Shown here piece after piece: positions 59,733 to 64,000 of a stretch of 64,000 nt of DNA. Made by a program: the position numbers and the translations under genes. The notes under the pieces were generated by a model that saw only the letters and a program-made list of their open reading frames with translations, did not search any database and had not been told where the DNA came from. The stretch spans positions 1 through 64,000 of the forward strand of contig CBEUCH010000014.1 of NCBI GenBank assembly GCA_965541585.1. Reading direction: 5' to 3'. The DNA is from an uncultured bacterium (GTDB lineage Bacteria > Zixibacteria > MSB-5A5 > UBA10806). The stretch's first letter is position 1. Each line of letters opens with the position of its first letter.

Positions 59733-60102
59733 CAAAGCGTTGCAGTGGACGGCGGAGAGCTGTGGTTTTTAATAATGTTTTTTAAAACCGTCACAATTTG
59801 GTCACACCACCTGTTAGCTTGTTGCTAGACAATAGGGATAATGGGGTTCGATTCCCCACGTTCCCATATGATGCAATTGTTTATTTATAGGCGGATTCCA
59901 GTTAAGCATGGCCTCAACAATAATCGGTAGTTACGAACCAGGAATTGCAGCAAATCCCTACGCATCATAGGCCACAAACAACATTCTTGACAAAATTATC
60001 AATATTTATTATTTTTACCAAAACAGGCGTCACAGTATTGTGCCTGCCTTGTCTTCGAAGTCGATTAATGCAACTGCTCAAAACCCCAAACAAGGAGAGA
60101 TC

Positions 60103-63100
60103 ATGTTTTCTAGTGGAAAGTCTGTGTCCGGCTTAATTGGGGCACTGCTGTTTTCAGCAACCATGTCGACGATAGGCGCTCAAGCCGAAAACGATGTCGC
60201 AGGCGACGTAAAATCATCTGGTTTGATTACTTCGGTACCACGGACTATGTCTTATCAGGGGTATCTAAAAGACGCGGGGGGGCTACCCGTATCAGACACT
60301 CTCGAAATCACTTTCCGTATCTATGATGTCGAATCAGGGGGAAGCGCCCTATGGACGGAAACGGTTGCCGCCGTATCAATCATTGACGGTAACTTCACCG
60401 CCATCGTCGGAGAAACCACTCCGATAAACTTGAGCTTCGATGTCGACTACTGGATGTCGTTGCAGGTGGAGGGCGATCCCCTGGAGATGGACCCGAGACT
60501 GAAACTTCATATGTCGGCTTACGCGGCACGAAGCGACACGACCGATTATGCCCTCAACTCCGATTTGCTGGATGGTCTCGACTCGGGCGATTTTGCCGGT
60601 TCCGCTCATGACCATGACGCGGATTATGTCAACGAGGGGCAGGCAAATTCCGTTACAGGCGCTATGGTAGTTGATGGCACGGTACAGTTTGGCGACATTG
60701 GCCAGAACGGCGCCTCCGCAGGCCAGATTATGAAATGGAATGGTTCGGCCTGGATTGCGGATAATGATGAGACTGGACCAGGGGGTGGCAGTGGCTGGGT
60801 CGATGATGGTAATTATATCAGGTTAGAGACGGGCACTGATTCTGTCGGAATAGGCACGGCCACGCCATCGGAAAAGCTGGAGGTTGCAGGGAGTATTCTG
60901 GTAACCGATAAAGCCACCATCGGTCCAAGCAACTCAAATACCGGTGCGAACGCGTTTGTGGCAGGTTTAGCCAATACGGTAAGCGGAGATTGGACTACAA
61001 TCGGCGGTGGTCGGATAAACACGGCAAGCGGCCATGATGCGGTGATCGGAGGCGGTCGAGGCAACACTGCCAGCAGCTCATATTATGCCACGGTCGGCGG
61101 CGGCAACGAAAACACCGCCGGCGCTGGTGGCGCTACTATAAGTGGCGGAAGATTTAATCTGTGCAACGCGGATTACGCAACTGTCGGCGGAGGTTATGCC
61201 GATACTGCCAGCGGGGCCTCTTCCACAATCGGCGGAGGTTGGAGTAATATCGCTAGTGGAGTAGAAGCTACAGTCAGCGGAGGTCAGATGAATATCGCCG
61301 CCGGCCAACAGGCATCGATCGGCGGTGGAAGTCAAAACTCCGCAAGCGGTTTCAGAGCTACGGTCGGTGGAGGTGTGGGAAATTTTGCTACCGGAGACAA
61401 TGCAACGATCGCTGGCGGCTTCGGTAACCACGCAACCGCGAATGGTGCGACAGTAGGGGGCGGCAGTACGAACACCGCCAGCGGTACCGCCGCCACTGTT
61501 CCGGGCGGGAATATGAATGAAGCTGCCGGTATTTACTCTTTTGCCGCCGGCCGTCGAGCTAAAGCTAATCACATTGGAGCATTTGTGTGGGCAGATCAGA
61601 CCAACTCGGATTTTGCCTCCACCGGTGTCGATCAATTCCTCATTCGTGCGTCAGGGGGTGTTGGAATCGGTACGACGAGTCCAGCATCGGAATTGGATGT
61701 TGCCGGCACCATCCAGGCTACCGGATTTATGATGACCACCGGTGCCTCCGACGGATATATTCTCACCTCCGATGCCTCGGGATCAGGATCTTGGCAATCT
61801 CCGGCCCCCAGCGGCGGCTGGATAGATGATGGAAATGCTGTCAGGCTGGAGACAGTTAACGATTCGGTTGGTATTGGAACTGCTACGCCGTCGGAAAAAT
61901 TGGATGTTTCAGGTAATATCCTGGTGAGCGGAACGGCGACTATCGGAACGGGACATACCAACACAGGCACGAGCGCTTTCTTAGCGGGGGAGAACAATAC
62001 GGCCAGTGGAAATTACACCGCTGTTGGTGGAGGTCTGAATAACACCTCAAGTGCGAATTACGCGACAGTCAGCGGCGGCTGGAATAACAACGCCGGAGAG
62101 ATAAACGCAACAGTCGGTGGCGGTTGGGACAATGCTGCCAATGGGCAATACTCAGTTGTCGCCGGAGGAAGGGAGAACACCGCCGGTATAGATTTCGCCT
62201 CGGTTGGTGGCGGAGCTTATAACTTCGCGGGCATCAGCAGCTACGCTACTGTCGCCGGGGGGTATGCCGACACCGCCAGCGGAGGCTACGCCACAGTTAG
62301 CGGCGGTCAAAGTAACATCGCCAGCGAGCAAAATGCGGCCGTGGGTGGCGGTAGTAACAATTCTGCCAGCGGTACGTATGCGACCGTTGCCGGCGGTCGA
62401 GACAATATCAGTTCAGGGCAAAATGCGACGATTGGCGGCGGTACTACTAACACGGCCAACGGCGGTAGTGCTACAGTTGCCGGTGGTGGAAATAATATTT
62501 CCAGCGGTTCGTCCAGCACAATCGGTGGAGGAGACAGTAATACCTCCGGTGCCAGTTCCAGTACTGTAGGCGGCGGAAAGAGAAACAATGCCAGCGGATA
62601 TGTCAGCACAATCGGTGGTGGTCAGGATAACATAGCCAGTAACCAATATGCTACTGTGCCGGGTGGATATTTAAATGAGGCGACAGGTATTTATTCCTTC
62701 GCGGCCGGGCGTCGGGCTAAAGCCAATCATGATGGGGCTTTCGTATGGGGCGACCGGACCAACGCGGATATAACTTCCTCCGCTGCAGATGAATTCAAAA
62801 TACGCGCCTCCGGCGGAACCTATCTATACTCTAACTCCAGTCTCACCGCAGGTGTAACGCTGGCGGCCGGAGCTTCATCCTGGAGTTCCGTTTCCGACAG
62901 CACGCTAAAGCGTAATATCAGACAGGTAAACGGTGAAGAAATTCTCGAAAAACTGGCACAGTTACCCATCAGCCAGTGGAGCTATAAAGCTCAGGATGAA
63001 AGCATTGAACATATCGGCCCGATGGCACAGGATTTCTATGAGATCTTCGGGCTCGGCGCCGACAACAAAACGATCTCTACGATAGATCCGTCGGGGATAG

Positions 63101-63177
63101 CTCTAGCCGGTATACAAGCGTTATTGGATGAAATCGAACTATTGAAAGCCCGTATCGCCGAGCTTGAAGGTAAGTAA
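60103..63177 (+). CDS. Secreted fibre-like protein with C-terminal Peptidase_S74 domain, paralogue 4
   Basis: ATG 60103 after AGGAG; MSYQGYLKDAGGLPV N-domain; two copies of a W.DDGN..RLET..DSVGIGTATPSEKL + GGxxNxASG module; SDSTLKRNI...HIGPMAQDF. Confidence 0.88.
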   Translation: MFSSGKSVSGLIGALLFSATMSTIGAQAENDVAGDVKSSGLITSVPRTMSYQGYLKDAGGLPVSDTLEITFRIYDVESGGSALWTETVAAVSIIDGNFTAIVGETTPINLSFDVDYWMSLQVEGDPLEMDPRLKLHMSAYAARSDTTDYALNSDLLDGLDSGDFAGSAHDHDADYVNEGQANSVTGAMVVDGTVQFGDIGQNGASAGQIMKWNGSAWIADNDETGPGGGSGWVDDGNYIRLETGTDSVGIGTATPSEKLEVAGSILVTDKATIGPSNSNTGANAFVAGLANTVSGDWTTIGGGRINTASGHDAVIGGGRGNTASSSYYATVGGGNENTAGAGGATISGGRFNLCNADYATVGGGYADTASGASSTIGGGWSNIASGVEATVSGGQMNIAAGQQASIGGGSQNSASGFRATVGGGVGNFATGDNATIAGGFGNHATANGATVGGGSTNTASGTAATVPGGNMNEAAGIYSFAAGRRAKANHIGAFVWADQTNSDFASTGVDQFLIRASGGVGIGTTSPASELDVAGTIQATGFMMTTGASDGYILTSDASGSGSWQSPAPSGGWIDDGNAVRLETVNDSVGIGTATPSEKLDVSGNILVSGTATIGTGHTNTGTSAFLAGENNTASGNYTAVGGGLNNTSSANYATVSGGWNNNAGEINATVGGGWDNAANGQYSVVAGGRENTAGIDFASVGGGAYNFAGISSYATVAGGYADTASGGYATVSGGQSNIASEQNAAVGGGSNNSASGTYATVAGGRDNISSGQNATIGGGTTNTANGGSATVAGGGNNISSGSSSTIGGGDSNTSGASSSTVGGGKRNNASGYVSTIGGGQDNIASNQYATVPGGYLNEATGIYSFAAGRRAKANHDGAFVWGDRTNADITSSAADEFKIRASGGTYLYSNSSLTAGVTLAAGASSWSSVSDSTLKRNIRQVNGEEILEKLAQLPISQWSYKAQDESIEHIGPMAQDFYEIFGLGADNKTISTIDPSGIALAGIQALLDEIELLKARIAELEGK

Positions 63178-63435
63178 TACGAGATAGACTATTAAAGATA
63201 TGAATAGGGAATAAAGAACTCCCAACTCTTGCATTATTGTGAGGGTGTCCACCGGAACAAGTTCAGCGACCCGAATCGGTCGGAAAGCTTTTAAACCTAA
63301 CAGTTGAAAAAGCGGGCAATATCCGTTAAATTTATTGATATTGTAATTGGATTAGAGGAACGTTTTGAGTGTAAATTCGATCGTGTAGAATTAGCGGCTA
63401 TTAATGGAAAAGCCGAAAGCCCGAAAGGACCCGGA

Positions 63436-64000
63436 ATGAAAAGAGTTAAGATTTTGATTGTCGCCATAATTGCGTCAAACGTTCTGTTTCACGCATGTGG
63501 CGGAGGAAAGAAGTCATCCCCGGATCTGAGCTGTTCGGATTTTTTACCGGAGGAAATTGCTCAAGCCGGAATCGAACGATCGTCGGAGATAAGAACTTTT
63601 GAGGGCGAATCACTTTTTGAATATATCAATGGCGGAGCCGAAATCTACCATTCGTATAACTTCGTTGAGGTCGCCGCGGCAAATTATACATCCAACGGTA
63701 TGGAGATGGCGGCGGATATCTATCGCTTTGAGAATTCGGATAATGCGTATGGATTATTCGCCTCGTTTCGGCCGGATAATCCGGCGTTCGTCGTGCTCGG
63801 CGCTGAAGGATTCAGTTCTCCAACGAGTATCGATTTCGTCAAAGGGCCGTTTGTTGTCAGGGTAATTGGATTTGAAGAGTCAGCCGAGATCGAACAGGCA
63901 ATAAATGTGCTGGCATCGGAAATTAACGGCATCTTACCGGCAGACGATCGTCTTCCTCAAAAGTTCTCTCTTTTTCCGGGGGGGGATATTATCGACGCCA
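63436..64000 (+). CDS. DUF6599-like lipoprotein (3'-truncated by window edge; not in ORF track)
   Basis: MKRVKILIVAIIASNVLFHAC...SLFEYINGGAEIY...DIYRF..AYGLF...FVKGPFVVRV. Frame is open to the end. Confidence 0.7.
   Translation, partial: MKRVKILIVAIIASNVLFHACGGGKKSSPDLSCSDFLPEEIAQAGIERSSEIRTFEGESLFEYINGGAEIYHSYNFVEVAAANYTSNGMEMAADIYRFENSDNAYGLFASFRPDNPAFVVLGAEGFSSPTSIDFVKGPFVVRVIGFEESAEIEQAINVLASEINGILPADDRLPQKFSLFPGGDIIDA

Noticed and set aside
63599..63932. ORF-track entries 63599-63865 (+) and 63720-63932 (-)
   Set aside because: They are off-frame or antisense to the lipoprotein gene starting at 63436.

Overview
Bacterial chromosomal window from a diderm, LPS-making organism. The dockerin-like proteins and gene style suggest an FCB-group lineage such as candidate Zixibacteria (inference only). 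From left to right: three tandem minus-strand paralogues of a secreted phage-fibre-like family (a fourth lies at 60.1-63.2 kb), with a shared leader and a shared operator-like palindrome; a CarA homologue lacking its catalytic residues; two paralogous copies of an uncharacterised four-gene membrane module (FN3+DUF6754-like protein plus three membrane proteins) flanking nfeD-SPFH-CBS; a DUF3857/transglutaminase pair; mutM; a frameshifted BNR/IPTL-CTERM gene; a probable ceramide synthesis trio (spt, bCerS-like GNAT, CerR-like reductase); a Kdo/LPS cluster (kdsB, pyrG, kdsA, kdsC, kdsD, lpxL-like, lptC, lptB); a 1265-aa AT-richer gene inserted between lptB and rpoN; hpf, hprK, an MCE gene, GH57 and Mut7-C; two tRNA-Lys genes; and tmRNA. 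The tmRNA is followed by a small GIY-YIG gene and two copies of its own 3' end, each interrupted in the T-arm by the same 39-nt double hairpin. These copies bracket a Hachiman (hamAB) defence pair, and no integrase is present. No CRISPR array, rRNA or prophage was found. All family assignments come from motif recognition by eye; no database search was run.
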